Shown here: positions 25,149 through 41,823 of the stretch, one piece after another | Position numbering within the stretch: the stretch's first letter is position 1 | How the letters are laid out: every line of letters starts with the position of its first letter | DNA from: Escherichia coli | Lineage (GTDB): Bacteria > Pseudomonadota > Gammaproteobacteria > Enterobacterales > Enterobacteriaceae | DNA: 64,000 nt | Assembly: GCF_044647545.1 (NCBI RefSeq) | Contig: NZ_CP172818.1 | Reading direction: 5' to 3' (one strand) | Program-made: the position numbers and the translations under genes | The notes under the pieces: generated by a model | What the model was told of the DNA's origin: nothing | Database searches by the model: none | The model's input: only the letters and a program-made list of their open reading frames with translations

Positions 25149-25267
25149 AGCGAGCTTTCTCCAGATTTTGGGCATAGCGAAGCCGCTCACCATGCCCTGT
25201 AATTTACAGAGGGTTATATTTTTGTATTGCTGTTTTAGTGCCCGATGAGGGGCTTACGTGGCAGGAA

Positions 25268-26416
25268 TTACCACTCTGCTACGCTGTTATCTTCATGACG
25301 CCAGAGCGGATTACGCCAGTCCGGGGCATTTTTACTGAACTCAATAACTTTAGCTTCGTCGATTTCCACGCCTAAGCCCGGTTTCGTTAGCGGTTTAAAG
25401 AAGCCGCCAACCATGCTGAAGTCTTCTTTGTTTTTCACAAAGTCGAGTAACTCCGCGCCTTTGTTGTAATGAATTCCCATACTTTGTTCCTGAAGTACGG
25501 CGTTATAGGAAACAAAGTCGATATGCAGACAAGCTGCCAGTGCAATCGGTCCGAGCGGACAGTGCGGCGCAAGGGTCACGTCATAGGCTTCTGCCATTCC
25601 GGCAATTTTGTAGCATTCGGTAATACCGCCTGCATGAGAGAGATCTGGTTGCAGAATCGAAATACCGCCCGCCTCCAGCACGCGTTTAAAATCGAAACGT
25701 GAGAACATGCGTTCACCCGCCGCCAGAGGAATATGCGTTTGTGCCGCCAGTTTCGGGTAGTATTCGGCCTGTTCCGCCAGCACCGGCTCTTCAATAAACA
25801 GCGGGCGATACGGTTCCAGTTCTTTAATCAGTACTTTCGCCATCGGCGCGCTGACGCGACCGTGGAAATCAAGACCAAACTCAATCTGATTGCCAAAAGC
25901 TTCACGAATTTGTGCCACGGTGTTGACTGCCGCATCTACCGCGCGGGAGTTATCAATTAGCCCCAGTTCTTCACAACCGTTCAGTTTGAAGGTATCGAAG
26001 CCGATTTCGCGCAGGGTTTTAATGCCGTCGATAACATTCGCCGGACGATCGCCGCCGACCCAACTGTAGGCTTTAATTTTGTCACGAACCAGGCCACCCA
26101 TCAGTTGCCAGACCGGCGCATTCAGCACTTTACCTTTGATATCCCATAACGCCTGGTCGATCCCGGCGATGGCGCTCATCAGGATCGGACCGCCACGATA
26201 AAATCCGGCGCGATACATCACTTGCCATAAGTCATTGATGCGCGATGGATCCTGACCAATCAAATAGTCACTCAGCTCGTGAACTGCCGCTTCCACCGTA
26301 CGAGCGCGGCCTTCGATCACGGGCTCGCCCCAACCGACCACGCCTTCATCGGTTTCAATTTTCAGGAACATCCAGCGGGGAGGTAAACGATACGTAGTAA
26401 TTTTGGTGATTTTCAT
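25268..26416 (-). CDS. dgoD: D-galactonate dehydratase DgoD (enolase superfamily)
   Basis: 382-aa [35 protein letters not shown]... Confidence 0.95.
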   Translation of the reverse strand: MKITKITTYRLPPRWMFLKIETDEGVVGWGEPVIEGRARTVEAAVHELSDYLIGQDPSRINDLWQVMYRAGFYRGGPILMSAIAGIDQALWDIKGKVLNAPVWQLMGGLVRDKIKAYSWVGGDRPANVIDGIKTLREIGFDTFKLNGCEELGLIDNSRAVDAAVNTVAQIREAFGNQIEFGLDFHGRVSAPMAKVLIKELEPYRPLFIEEPVLAEQAEYYPKLAAQTHIPLAAGERMFSRFDFKRVLEAGGISILQPDLSHAGGITECYKIAGMAEAYDVTLAPHCPLGPIALAACLHIDFVSYNAVLQEQSMGIHYNKGAELLDFVKNKEDFSMVGGFFKPLTKPGLGVEIDEAKVIEFSKNAPDWRNPLWRHEDNSVAEW

Positions 26417-27030
26417 TGCACTGCCTCTCGATACGCCTTAACAAATGCTGCTGCCTGCTGCGCGGTGCGTTCTACGGATTGCCCGGCGCGATAGAGATCG
26501 CTGCCTAAGCCCGCCCCTGCACAACCTGCGTCTATCCACTGCGCCAGGTTTTCTGGCGTCACACCGCCAACGGCAAAGACTGCGATGTCCTGCGGTAATA
26601 CCGCTTTTAACGCTTTGATGTATTGCGGACCAAAAGCCGATGACGGGAATATTTTCAGCGCCTGCGCGCCCGCGTCGATCGCGGTAAAGGCTTCAGTCGC
26701 CGTCGCGCAGCCGGGGCAAACGGTCATGCCATAGCCCACCGCGCGGCGGATCACTTCACTATGGATATTGGGCGTAACGATGAGCTGGCAGCCCATCCTG
26801 GCGAGCGTATCGACCTGTTCAGGTTTCAGTACCGTACCTGCGCCAATCAACGCCTTATCGCCGTACGCATCAACGATGGCGGGAATGCTTTTCTCCCATT
26901 GAGGGGAATTCAGCGGGATTTCAACCGCGTCGAACCCGGCGTCAATCACCGCGCCAACATGCGCCAGCGCCTCGTCGGGCGTAATACCGCGCAAAATGGC
27001 GATCAGCGGGAGTTTAGTTTGCCACTGCAT
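26413..27030 (-). CDS. dgoA: 2-dehydro-3-deoxy-6-phosphogalactonate aldolase DgoA
   Basis: 205-aa ORF, overlaps dgoD start. Confidence 0.95.
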   Translation of the reverse strand: MQWQTKLPLIAILRGITPDEALAHVGAVIDAGFDAVEIPLNSPQWEKSIPAIVDAYGDKALIGAGTVLKPEQVDTLARMGCQLIVTPNIHSEVIRRAVGYGMTVCPGCATATEAFTAIDAGAQALKIFPSSAFGPQYIKALKAVLPQDIAVFAVGGVTPENLAQWIDAGCAGAGLGSDLYRAGQSVERTAQQAAAFVKAYREAVQ

Positions 27031-27892
27031 GAGCGATGCTCCTTATACCAGCCTGAAATGCCTTGTCGCCCGCTACCACCGCCACGTCGCAACCCATCGC
27101 CTGAAAGGCTTGCTGGTAGCGCGCGGTCAGCGATGTTCCGGCGACAAGGGTGATGGCGTGTTGATGGGTCACATAGTCGCGCATACTGGCAACCTCTGCG
27201 CCAATCAACAAACCAGAGAGAAATTCGCTGACCTGTTCACGGGGAAGCGTTCCCAGCACATGCGATGCGCGAACTTCAAAAAGCTGCGGCAATATGGCGG
27301 GCGCATTAAGGCCACGCTCAAGGCCAGCCGCGAAGGCATCGGCAGAGTTTTCCTGCGGCGGCAAACCTGCGCCAATCAATGAGTGATTTAACAGTAAATG
27401 ATGTAATTCACCGGTCATTACGGTGCGAAAATCGTTGATTTGCTGGCTATCGGCCTGCACCCATTTGCAATGCGTACCGGGCATGACATAAAGAGAGGAA
27501 GGAGCCAAAGCACGCGCGCCGATCAATTGTGTTTCTTCGCCGCGCATCACATTGTGGTTATCGTCATGAGAAACGCATAATCCGGGAATAATCCAGATAT
27601 TGTCGCCAACAGACGTTAATTGTTCGCCAATAGATGAAAAACGGGCAGGAACAGATAAATACGGTGCAACTTTCCAGCCGACATTGCTGCCGACCATTCC
27701 TGCCATCACCACTGGCGTATTCTCTTCACGCCAGTCGGCCGTGACTTCTGCTAACACCGCAGCCGGAGATTTTCCGTTCAGGCGCGTGACGCCTGCTTCT
27801 GATTGCCTGCTCTCCAGGCAGTGGTCGCCCTGATAAAGCCAGGCGCGCAGATTGGTCGATCCCCAGTCAATTGCGATGTAGCGAGCTGTCAT
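27014..27892 (-). CDS. dgoK: 2-dehydro-3-deoxygalactonokinase DgoK
   Basis: 292-aa ORF, overlaps dgoA and dgoR. Confidence 0.95.
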   Translation of the reverse strand: MTARYIAIDWGSTNLRAWLYQGDHCLESRQSEAGVTRLNGKSPAAVLAEVTADWREENTPVVMAGMVGSNVGWKVAPYLSVPARFSSIGEQLTSVGDNIWIIPGLCVSHDDNHNVMRGEETQLIGARALAPSSLYVMPGTHCKWVQADSQQINDFRTVMTGELHHLLLNHSLIGAGLPPQENSADAFAAGLERGLNAPAILPQLFEVRASHVLGTLPREQVSEFLSGLLIGAEVASMRDYVTHQHAITLVAGTSLTARYQQAFQAMGCDVAVVAGDKAFQAGIRSIAHAVAN

Positions 27893-28578
27893 GTGATTTC
27901 CTTTAACCTTCGTGTCGAGCTGGCGATCATGGTAAGCGCCGCCTGCTCTGCCGCATCGCCGTCCTGATGCCGTATCGCATCAAACAGCGCCTTATGTTCC
28001 TGGAGCGTTTGCGGCATGTTGGCCTCATCACCCATCCAGGTTCGTTCAAATACCGCCCGCTGCAGCGAACTGATCGCAATGCTAAGTTGCTGTAACACCG
28101 GGTTATGCACCGACTGCAGCACCGCCTCGTGGTAGCGAATATCCGCTTCGTTAAACGCTTCGCGGTCCTGATTGTTGGCAATCATCTCGTTCAGCGCTGA
28201 TTCAATCTGCGCCAGATCGCTGGAAGTCGCGCGCTCTGCCGCCCAACGGGCAATCGCCGGTTCCACCAGATTTCGCACTTCGCTCATTGCACTGATAAGC
28301 CGTGGGTCGTAGTCGTTTTCCAGCACCCATTGCAGTACGTCAGTATCGAGGTAATTCCACTGATTACGCGGTGCCACAAACGCCCCGCGATAACGTTTCA
28401 TTTCAATCAGCCGCTTCGCCATCAGCGAACGGAACACCTCACGGATGATGTTGCGCGAGGTTGCAAACTCCTCACAGAGCTCCGCCTCAGCCGGAAGCGG
28501 CGAGCCTGGTACGTATTTGCCGTGAACGATCTGTTTACCCAGCGTAATGACGATGCGATCGGTTTTATTGAGAGTCAT
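27889..28578 (-). CDS. dgoR: GntR/FadR-family repressor of the dgo operon DgoR
   Basis: 229-aa ORF with N-terminal wHTH; first gene of dgoRKADT. Confidence 0.95.
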   Translation of the reverse strand: MTLNKTDRIVITLGKQIVHGKYVPGSPLPAEAELCEEFATSRNIIREVFRSLMAKRLIEMKRYRGAFVAPRNQWNYLDTDVLQWVLENDYDPRLISAMSEVRNLVEPAIARWAAERATSSDLAQIESALNEMIANNQDREAFNEADIRYHEAVLQSVHNPVLQQLSIAISSLQRAVFERTWMGDEANMPQTLQEHKALFDAIRHQDGDAAEQAALTMIASSTRRLKEIT

Positions 28579-28855
28579 GGAGAGTCCTTGTGCTCTGTAT
28601 GTTCTTCTCTACTTTACCCCGATCGATGCATAACGCGGCAACTTTGTAGTACCAGCGTGATGACGTTCGCGTTTTCCGTGTGCGTAATGTAGTACAAGCT
28701 TATATTACTGTACTACAATTTAGATCACAAAAAGAACAATGCATAAAAAAATGACATGCGTCGGGCAGAAATCTGAAAAGGGATAACAGGCGCTAAACAG
28801 GAGGGAAAGAAGAGTATGCTTTCAACGACTTAGCTACTCGTTTAAAGGATTAATC

Positions 28856-29512
28856 ATGAAGTTGAATTTTAAGGGATTTTTTAAGGCTGCCGGTTTGTGT
28901 TCTTTGGCATTTGCGTTGACCGGATGTATCACCTGGGGATTGGTTTCCAATACTGCAAGCCGTCCACATGCCGAGCAATGGCGGTCAGACACGATTAAGG
29001 GTTTATCGCTGGCAGAAGATAGTAACGGTACGAAAGGCTATGTTTTTGTTGGTGAATCATTGGACTATCTGTTGACCACCGGCGGCGATGAGGTAGTTAA
29101 AATGCTGAACGATCCGGCAATCCATGGTGAAAGAATCACCGTTTCTGATAACGCGAAATTTATTTTAAGCAGCAGTGATACTAATTTTTCTGGTTCAATA
29201 ACGCTCTATTACGACTGGGATAATGAGGAAGATAAAGCACTGGCGACACAATATGGTTTTATTTGTAATACCCAGCGTTGTACCTGGGCACTTGACGGCC
29301 TGAAAGGCTCTATCCACCAGAAAAATAAAAAAGCGGATTACTCAAACGTGATGGTTTTCCATCAACCCTTTACGGTGGGATTTTATAAGTACAAAGCAAC
29401 TGATGGCGTTCCGCGCGGCCTCGCTAATGCGCTGCTACCAGTCACTCTTACGCTGGATATAGTAACGTCACCACTCCAGTTCCTGATTTTATGCACGACC
29501 AGAAATTGTTAA
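28856..29512 (+). CDS. yidX: Putative lipoprotein YidX
   Basis: 218-aa ORF with signal/lipobox ([11 protein letters not shown]). Confidence 0.8.
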   Translation: MKLNFKGFFKAAGLCSLAFALTGCITWGLVSNTASRPHAEQWRSDTIKGLSLAEDSNGTKGYVFVGESLDYLLTTGGDEVVKMLNDPAIHGERITVSDNAKFILSSSDTNFSGSITLYYDWDNEEDKALATQYGFICNTQRCTWALDGLKGSIHQKNKKADYSNVMVFHQPFTVGFYKYKATDGVPRGLANALLPVTLTLDIVTSPLQFLILCTTRNC

Positions 29513-29555
29513 TCGCTGCGGGCAAACGCATTTATGCAGTTTGCCCGCCCACTGA

Positions 29556-30368
29556 TTAATTCAGCACATACTTCTCAATAGCAAACGCCACGCCATCTTC
29601 CAGGTTGGATTTGGTGACAAAGTTCGCCACTTCTTTCACCGAAGGAATAGCGTTATCCATTGCCACACCAACACCTGCGTATTCAATCATTGCGATGTCG
29701 TTTTCCTGATCGCCAATCGCCATGATTTCTTCCGGTTTAATACCTAACACGTCGGCCAGTGATTTCACACCCGTACCTTTGTTAACGCGTTTATCGAGGA
29801 TTTCGAGGAAGTACGGCGCACTTTTCAGCACGGTGTATTTTTCTTTCACTTCCTGCGGAATACGCGCAATGGCCTGGTCGAGGATGGCGGGTTCATCAAT
29901 CATCATCACTTTCAGGAACTGGGTATTGGGGTCCATTTTCTCCGCTTCGCAGAACACCAGTGGAATGGTGGCAACGAAAGATTCATGCACCGTGTAGTAG
30001 CTGATATCTCGGTTGGCGGTGTACAGCGTGGTGCGGTCCAGGGCGTGGAAATGAGAACCGACTTCGCGAGAGAGTTTTTCCAGGAAACGGTAGTCGTCAT
30101 AGCTGAGAGCGGTTTGCGCCACGGTGCTACCATCAGCGGCCTTCTGTACCAGCGCGCCGTTATAAGTAATGCAGTAGTCGCCCGGCTGTTCCATATGCAG
30201 CTCTTTCAGGTAATTGTGAACACCTGCATAAGGGCGACCCGTCGTCAGCACGACATTCACGCCACGGGCGCGAGCTGCGGCAATCGCATTTTTAACGGCG
30301 GGTGAAATGGTGTGATCGGGCAGCAGAAGGGTGCCATCCATATCGATAGCAATGAGTTTGATAGCCAT
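29556..30368 (-). CDS. yidA: HAD-superfamily sugar phosphatase YidA (Cof-like)
   Basis: 270-aa ORF MAIKLIAIDMDGTLL... (DxD HAD motif I). Confidence 0.9.
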   Translation of the reverse strand: MAIKLIAIDMDGTLLLPDHTISPAVKNAIAAARARGVNVVLTTGRPYAGVHNYLKELHMEQPGDYCITYNGALVQKAADGSTVAQTALSYDDYRFLEKLSREVGSHFHALDRTTLYTANRDISYYTVHESFVATIPLVFCEAEKMDPNTQFLKVMMIDEPAILDQAIARIPQEVKEKYTVLKSAPYFLEILDKRVNKGTGVKSLADVLGIKPEEIMAIGDQENDIAMIEYAGVGVAMDNAIPSVKEVANFVTKSNLEDGVAFAIEKYVLN

Positions 30369-30482
30369 GAGTTCCCCAGGTAGATTGGTTCCTGACCCAT
30401 GCTAACGCGATTCCGCTCAAAAATCAGTACAACACCCGAGGGAAAAGGGGGATGCAATGCGGGTTGCATGCTCCCCATTTGC

Positions 30483-30881
30483 TTAGCGGAAGAGTTTCCC
30501 TTTCAGCAGTTCCATGCCTGCGGAAAGCAGATCGTTATTGGCTTGTGCTGACACTTCACCTTGCGGTGAGAGTGCATCAATAATCTTCGGCAATTGTTCT
30601 GCCAGTAAACTGGAAGCTGTACTGGTATCCACGCCCAGTTTTTGCCCGAGATCGGACACCGCATTTGTGCCGAGCGCTGATTCCAGTTGCTCGCCGCTAA
30701 CTGGTTGGTTGCCCTGTTGATTACTCAGCCAGGTTGAGAGAATGGCACCTAAACCGCCACTTTGCAGTTTTTCCAGCAGCACCTGAATGCCGCCCTGCTC
30801 CTCAACCCAGCTCAAAATCGCCTGATATTTCCCCGCATCGCCTTTCAGAAAGGCACCGACAACGTCATCAAAAAGCCCCAT
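30483..30881 (-). CDS. yidB: DUF937-family protein YidB
   Basis: 132 aa from MGLFDDVVGAF... Confidence 0.85.
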   Translation of the reverse strand: MGLFDDVVGAFLKGDAGKYQAILSWVEEQGGIQVLLEKLQSGGLGAILSTWLSNQQGNQPVSGEQLESALGTNAVSDLGQKLGVDTSTASSLLAEQLPKIIDALSPQGEVSAQANNDLLSAGMELLKGKLFR

Positions 30882-31015
30882 GATAATCACCTGTAAAGCG
30901 TTACGTGTTGACCCAAAAAGTATAGATCTGCGGGATGATAATTGCGGATTGCAGAAATAAAAAGGGCGGAGATGATCTCCCGCGACTAAGTCATTTTATC
31001 AGCAACAAAAAGCCA

Positions 31016-34531
<3,516 letters not shown>

Positions 34532-34532
<1 letters not shown>

Positions 34533-35632
34533 TACAGTCTCATTGGCATGACAACATAGGCAGCCGACTGTGATGCGGCATCTTCAATCTGCACGCTGGA
34601 AACCGAATCGGTCAGCATCATGCGGACGTTTTCGCATTTCAGCGCGTTGAGAACATCCAGCACATAGCTGACGTTGAAGCCGATTTCCATCTCCGCACCG
34701 CTATAGGTAACGTCGAGGATCTCTTCCGCTTCTTCCTGTTCTGGGTTGTTGGCGGTGATTTTCAGCTGGTTTTCGCTGACATACAGACGCACGCCGCGGA
34801 ATTTCTCGTTAGAGAGAATTGCCGCACGGGCAAACGCCTGCTTGAGCAGATCACAGCCAGCTTCCAGATGCTTGTCCGGGTTCTTCGGCAGAACGCGGCG
34901 GTAATCCGGGAAGCGACCATCCACCAGTTTCGAGGTGAAGATAAAGTCGCCAACGTGGGCGCGAATGTTGTTGCTGCCAATCTGCACGCGCAGCGGATTG
35001 TCGCCACCGTCGAGCATACGCATCAGTTCAATCACGCCTTTACGCGGCACGATCACCGAATGGCTTGGCAAAGATTGACCAATTGGCATTGAACAGACCG
35101 CCAGACGGTGACCATCGGTCGCCACGGTGCGCAGTTCTTCACCTTCAGTTTCGAACAGCATACCGTTTAAGTAATAGCGAACGTCCTGATGCGCCATAGA
35201 AAACTGGGTCGCTTCAATCAGACGCTTCATCGTCGCCTGCGGCAGGGTAAATTCGACTTCGCTCTGCCAGTCATCAAGATTCGGGAAATCCGCCGCTGGC
35301 AGGGTAGACAGCGAAAAACGGCTACGCCCGGAGCGCACCAGCATCCGCTCACCTTCCAGCTGCACGGCAATTTCCGCGCCTTCAGGCAGACCACGGCAGA
35401 TATCAAAGAATTTGCGCGCTGGAACGGTCGTCGCCCCTGGTTCGTGTGGCTGAACCAGCGCAACGCGTGCCACCATTTCCATCTCGAGATCAGTACCGGT
35501 CAGCGACAACGTACCGTCAGCAACCTGTAACAGCAGATTACCGAGAATCGGTAGCGTAGGACGACCACCTAACGGCCCGCTCACCTGTTGTAGCGGTTTT
35601 AATAAATGCTCACGTTCTACGGTAAATTTCAT
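34532..35632 (-). CDS. dnaN: DNA polymerase III beta sliding clamp
   Basis: 366-aa [39 protein letters not shown]... Confidence 0.98.
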
Positions 35633-35636
35633 AGGT

Positions 35637-37040
35637 TTACGATGACAATGTTCTGATTAAATTGGAAAAATCTTCTTTGATATCGTGGCTCTCTTCACGC
35701 AGCTGCTCGATCTTACGGCAGGCATGAAGCACCGTCGTGTGGTCACGGCCACCAAACGCATCGCCAATCTCCGGCAGACTGTGGTTAGTCAGTTCTTTCG
35801 CCAGCGCCATCGCCATCTGGCGCGGACGCGCCACCGAGCGGGATCGACGCTTGGAAAGGAGATCCGCGACTTTGATCTTGTAGTACTCCGCCACCGTCTT
35901 CTGAATATTGTCGATGGTGACCAGTTTTTCCTGCAATGCCAGCAAGTCGCGCAGCGCCTCACGCACGAAGTCGATGGTGATCGCACGTCCGGTAAAGTTG
36001 GCGTTAGCAATAACGCGGTTCAGCGCGCCTTCCAGCTCACGTACGTTAGATCGTAGACGCTTGGCGATAAAGAACGCCACTTCGCCCGGCAAACGAATGT
36101 CGTTTTCGTCGGCCTTTTTCATCAGGATCGCCACGCGGGTTTCCAGCTCTGGCGGTTCGATCGCCACAGTCAGTCCCCAGCCGAAGCGGGATTTCAAACG
36201 ATCCTCAACGCCGTTGATCTCTTTCGGATAGCGATCGGAGGTGAGAATGATCTGTTGATTACCTTCCAGCAGGGCGTTGAAGGTGTGGAAAAACTCTTCC
36301 TGAGATCGTTCTTTATTAGCAAAAAACTGAATATCGTCGATCAGCAGTGCATCTACGGAACGGTAGTAGCGTTTAAACTCTTCGATCGCGTTGTTTTGCA
36401 GGGCTTTAACCATGTCCTGAACAAAGCGCTCGGAGTGCATATAAACCACTTTGGCATTCGGCTTGCGCGCCATAATGCCGTTACCCACCGCATGCAGCAG
36501 GTGAGTTTTACCCAAACCCGTGCCGCCATAAAGGAACAACGGGTTATAAGCACCGCCAGGGTTATCTGCCACCTGGCGAGCCGCCGCGCGCGCCAGTTGG
36601 TTAGATTTACCTTCAACGAAGTTATCAAACGTGTGTTTGACGTTTACGTTAGAACGATAGGTCGGTTCTGCCGGAGCCGGGACGTTATCCCAACCCGAGC
36701 GCGTAGAAGGCGCAGCACGTTGCGGCTGCGTTTGCGCCACCTGTGCAGGGGCCGCGACGTTGCTCGTCACTGCCGCTTGTGGCGTTTGCGTCACCGGTTT
36801 GGTGCCGACTTCAAAACGCAGCTGTGGGGCATCCGCTCCGCAGAAACTGGTTAGCAGTCCATTGATATTATTAAGGTACTTGTCCCGTACCCAATCGAGG
36901 ACAAAACGGTTTGGCGCGTACAGGGCCAGCGTGTTATCGCTCAGTTCCGCCTGCAATGGGCGTATCCACATACTGAATTCTGTGGCTGGTAACTCATCCT
37001 GCAATCGGGCAAGACACTGCTGCCAAAGCGAAAGTGACAC
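35637..37040 (-). CDS. dnaA: Chromosomal replication initiator DnaA (GTG start)
   Basis: 467 aa from GTG at 37038-37040 ([30 protein letters not shown]...), AAA+ Walker [10 protein letters not shown]; track ORF extends to an upstream ATG. Confidence 0.98.
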
Positions 37041-37249
37041 GGCGGACTCCACTCGAACAAAAGTCGATAATGACTAAGGCTGAAACATTCATGATTGTTG
37101 ACGTACGTCGAAAAGACCCTGCATGAGGGTGACGCACGAACCGCTGTCTGCGGTTATATGCCCGATCAAGATCCTGCAAAACGATCGGGACCGCGGATCA
37201 TAGCCTAAACTGCGCAAGAGATCTTCTGTTTCTCACAGATTTTCCCGAT

Positions 37250-37258
37250 TTATCCACA
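37250..37258. promoter_or_regulatory. DnaA box in the dnaA promoter region (autoregulation)
   Basis: ttatccaca matches the 9-mer DnaA box consensus; surrounding region 37040-37640 is GATC-rich. Confidence 0.7.
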
Positions 37259-37634
37259 GGACTTTCCAGAACTCGCTAAGTGTAAACGATCCTGCCGCGG
37301 GCCGGACACGATTTACGCCGCATATTGGAAAATTTAATGACCATAGACAAAAATTGACTTAATCGATCTAATAAAGATCCAGGACGATCCTTGCGCTTTA
37401 CCCGTCAGCCCGTATAATCCTCCACCCGGCGCGCCATGCTGGTTTTCACTGGTGTGAGGCCGTACGTTTTCCCTGCGAAAAGGTGCGGAAAAGCGCGGTA
37501 AATAAGGAAAGAGAATTGACTCCGGAGTGTACAATTATTACAATCCGGCCTCTTTAATCACCCATGGCTTCGGTGTCCATCGTTTCATTTTTCGGCGGAT
37601 ATCCAATAAAGCCATTGAATTTATTCAAGTTTAG

Positions 37635-37787
<153 letters not shown>

Positions 37788-37803
37788 TAAAGCTAACCCC
37801 TGA

Positions 37804-38163
37804 GTGGTTAAGCTCGCATTTCCCAGGGAGTTACGCTTGTTAACTCCCAGTCAATTCACATTCGTCTTCCAGCAGCCACAACGGGCTGGCACGCCGCAAA
37901 TTACCATTCTCGGCCGCCTGAATTCGCTGGGGCATCCCCGTATCGGTCTTACAGTCGCCAAGAAAAACGTTCGACGCGCCCATGAACGCAATCGGATTAA
38001 ACGTCTGACGCGTGAAAGCTTCCGTCTGCGCCAACATGAACTCCCGGCTATGGATTTCGTGGTGGTGGCGAAAAAAGGGGTTGCCGACCTCGATAACCGT
38101 GCTCTCTCGGAAGCGTTGGAAAAATTATGGCGCCGCCACTGTCGCCTGGCTCGCGGGTCCTGA
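37804..38163 (+). CDS. rnpA: RNase P protein component
   Basis: 119-aa ORF (GTG start) [37 protein letters not shown]... Confidence 0.95.
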
Positions 38164-38384
38164 TAGCCCTCATTCGGGTCTATCAACGCCTGATTAGTCC
38201 GCTACTCGGGCCGCATTGTCGTTTCACTCCAACCTGTTCAAGCTACGGAATTGAGGCATTGCGCAGGTTTGGAGTGATAAAAGGCAGTTGGTTGACGGTG
38301 AAACGCGTATTAAAATGCCACCCTTTACACCCTGGTGGTGACGATCCCGTCCCGCCCGGACCATTTGATACCAGAGAACACTAA
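38127..38384 (+). CDS. yidD: Membrane protein insertion efficiency factor YidD
   Basis: 85-aa ORF overlapping the rnpA 3' end, immediately upstream of yidC. Confidence 0.9.
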
Positions 38385-38386
38385 CG

Positions 38387-40033
38387 ATGGATTCGCAACG
38401 CAATCTTTTAGTCATCGCTTTGCTGTTCGTGTCTTTCATGATCTGGCAAGCCTGGGAGCAGGATAAAAACCCGCAACCTCAGGCCCAACAGACCACGCAG
38501 ACAACGACCACCGCAGCGGGTAGCGCCGCCGACCAGGGCGTACCGGCCAGTGGCCAGGGGAAACTGATCTCGGTTAAGACCGACGTGCTTGATCTGACCA
38601 TCAACACCCGTGGTGGTGATGTTGAGCAAGCTCTGCTGCCTGCTTACCCGAAAGAGCTAAACTCTACCCAGCCGTTCCAGCTGCTGGAAACTTCACCGCA
38701 GTTTATTTATCAGGCACAGAGCGGTCTGACCGGTCGTGATGGCCCGGATAACCCGGCTAACGGCCCGCGTCCGCTGTATAACGTTGAAAAGGACGCTTAT
38801 GTGCTGGCTGAAGGTCAAAACGAACTGCAGGTGCCGATGACGTATACCGACGCGGCAGGTAACACGTTTACCAAAACGTTTGTCCTGAAACGTGGTGATT
38901 ACGCTGTCAACGTCAACTACAACGTGCAGAACGCTGGCGAGAAACCGCTGGAAATCTCCACCTTTGGTCAGTTGAAGCAATCCATCACTCTGCCACCGCA
39001 TCTCGATACCGGAAGCAGCAATTTCGCACTGCACACCTTCCGTGGCGCGGCGTACTCCACGCCTGACGAGAAGTACGAGAAATACAAGTTCGATACCATT
39101 GCCGATAACGAAAACCTGAACATCTCTTCGAAAGGTGGTTGGGTGGCGATGCTGCAACAGTATTTCGCGACGGCGTGGATCCCGCATAACGACGGTACCA
39201 ATAACTTCTATACTGCTAATCTGGGTAACGGCATCGCCGCTATCGGCTATAAATCTCAGCCGGTACTGGTTCAGCCTGGTCAGACTGGCGCGATGAACAG
39301 CACCCTGTGGGTTGGCCCGGAAATTCAGGACAAAATGGCAGCTGTTGCTCCGCACCTGGATCTGACCGTTGATTACGGTTGGTTGTGGTTCATCTCTCAG
39401 CCGCTGTTCAAACTGCTGAAATGGATCCATAGCTTTGTGGGTAACTGGGGCTTCTCCATTATCATCATCACCTTTATCGTTCGTGGCATCATGTACCCGC
39501 TGACCAAAGCGCAGTACACCTCCATGGCGAAGATGCGTATGCTGCAGCCGAAGATTCAGGCGATGCGTGAGCGTCTGGGCGATGACAAACAGCGTATCAG
39601 CCAGGAAATGATGGCGCTGTACAAAGCTGAGAAGGTTAACCCGCTGGGCGGCTGCTTCCCGCTGCTGATCCAGATGCCAATCTTCCTGGCGTTGTACTAC
39701 ATGCTGATGGGTTCCGTTGAACTGCGTCAGGCACCGTTTGCACTGTGGATCCACGACCTGTCTGCACAGGACCCGTACTACATCCTGCCGATCCTGATGG
39801 GCGTAACGATGTTCTTCATTCAGAAGATGTCGCCGACCACCGTGACCGACCCGATGCAGCAGAAGATCATGACCTTTATGCCGGTCATCTTCACCGTGTT
39901 CTTCCTGTGGTTCCCGTCAGGTCTGGTGCTGTACTATATCGTCAGCAACCTGGTAACCATTATTCAGCAGCAGCTGATTTACCGTGGTCTGGAAAAACGT
40001 GGCCTGCATAGCCGCGAGAAGAAAAAATCCTGA
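38387..40033 (+). CDS. yidC: Membrane protein insertase YidC
   Basis: 548-aa [38 protein letters not shown]... Confidence 0.98.
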
Positions 40034-40057
40034 TTCGGTGAGTTTTCGCTAAAATAA

Positions 40058-40086
40058 GGGCGGTCAGTTGACCGCCTTTTTTTTTC
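40058..40086 (+). terminator. Rho-independent terminator after yidC
   Basis: Hairpin gggcggtcagttgaccgcc followed by a T-run. Confidence 0.75.
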
Positions 40087-40141
40087 TTTTCGTAGGGCGG
40101 ATAAGCACCGCGTATCCGCCACACAAAGCAACAGGAACATC

Positions 40142-41506
40142 ATGAGCGATAATGACACTATCGTAGCCCAGGCCACGCCTCCGGGACGTGGCGGCGTTGG
40201 CATCCTGCGCATCTCCGGCCTCAAAGCCCGTGAGGTTGCCGAAACCGTGCTGGGTAAACTGCCAAAGCCGCGCTACGCCGATTATCTTCCGTTTAAAGAC
40301 GCCGACGGCAGCGTGCTCGATCAGGGGATTGCGCTATGGTTCCCTGGCCCGAACTCGTTCACCGGCGAAGATGTGCTGGAACTGCAAGGTCATGGCGGTC
40401 CGGTGATCCTCGACCTGCTGTTAAAACGCATTCTGACCATTCCCGGCCTGCGGATTGCCCGCCCTGGTGAGTTTTCCGAACGCGCATTTCTGAACGATAA
40501 ACTCGACTTAGCCCAGGCCGAGGCGATTGCGGATCTTATCGACGCCAGCTCGGAACAGGCGGCCCGTTCGGCGCTAAACTCGCTGCAAGGCGCATTCTCC
40601 GCACGGGTCAACCATCTGGTGGAAGCCCTCACCCACTTGCGCATTTACGTCGAAGCGGCAATTGATTTCCCGGATGAAGAGATCGATTTCCTCTCCGACG
40701 GCAAAATTGAAGCCCAGCTCAATGACGTTATTGCCGATCTTGATGCAGTGCGTGCTGAAGCACGTCAGGGTAGTTTGTTGCGCGAAGGGATGAAAGTGGT
40801 GATTGCCGGACGTCCTAACGCCGGTAAATCGAGCCTGTTAAACGCGCTGGCGGGCCGTGAAGCGGCAATCGTAACCGATATCGCCGGAACCACGCGTGAC
40901 GTGCTGCGTGAGCATATCCACATTGACGGAATGCCGCTGCATATCATCGATACCGCCGGGCTACGTGAAGCCAGTGACGAAGTAGAACGTATTGGTATCG
41001 AGCGCGCGTGGCAGGAAATTGAACAGGCCGACCGCGTGCTGTTTATGGTCGATGGCACCACGACAGACGCCGTTGATCCGGCAGAGATCTGGCCGGAATT
41101 TATCGCCCGTCTGCCCGCGAAACTGCCGATCACCGTGGTGCGCAATAAAGCCGATATCACCGGCGAAACGCTGGGAATGAGTGAAGTGAACGGTCATGCG
41201 TTGATTCGTCTCTCGGCAAGGACTGGCGAAGGCGTGGACGTGCTGCGTAACCATCTCAAACAGAGCATGGGCTTTGACACCAATATGGAAGGCGGCTTCC
41301 TGGCGCGTCGTCGTCACCTACAGGCGCTGGAACAGGCGGCAGAGCATTTGCAGCAAGGTAAAGCGCAACTGTTAGGTGCCTGGGCGGGTGAACTGCTGGC
41401 GGAAGAGTTGCGCCTGGCGCAGCAGAACTTAAGCGAAATCACCGGGGAATTTACTTCAGACGACCTGTTGGGGCGGATTTTCTCCAGCTTCTGTATTGGT
41501 AAGTAA
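40142..41506 (+). CDS. mnmE: tRNA modification GTPase MnmE (TrmE)
   Basis: 454-aa ORF with G-domain motifs (GRPNAGKSS), C-terminal CIGK. Confidence 0.97.
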
Positions 41507-41657
41507 CCGCGCTTGCGAAGCCGCATTCTGACTGTCAGATGCGGCTTCGCTTCATTGTTAGTACTCCTGTTACTCCTCAACCCTTTTTTTAAACATTAAA
41601 ATTCTTACGTAATTTATAATCTTTAAAAAAAGCATTTAATATTGCTTCCCGAACGAT

Positions 41658-41673
41658 TGTGATTCGATTCACA
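41658..41673. promoter_or_regulatory. CRP-binding site of the tna promoter
   Basis: tgtgattcgattcaca is a perfect TGTGA-N6-TCACA palindrome about 75 nt upstream of tnaC. Confidence 0.8.
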
Positions 41674-41748
41674 TTTAAACAATTTCAGAATAGACAAATT
41701 TCTTGAGTATTATACTGTAGCCTCGTGTCTTTCGAGGATAAGTGCATT

Positions 41749-41823
41749 ATGAATATCTTACATATATGTGTGACCTCAAAATGGTTCAATATCGACAATA
41801 AGATTGTCGATCACCGCCCTTAA
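41749..41823 (+). CDS. tnaC: Tryptophanase operon leader peptide TnaC
   Basis: Translated by hand: MNILHICVTSKWFNIDNKIVDHRP (24 aa) with Trp12 and C-terminal Pro. Confidence 0.95.
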   Translation: MNILHICVTSKWFNIDNKIVDHRP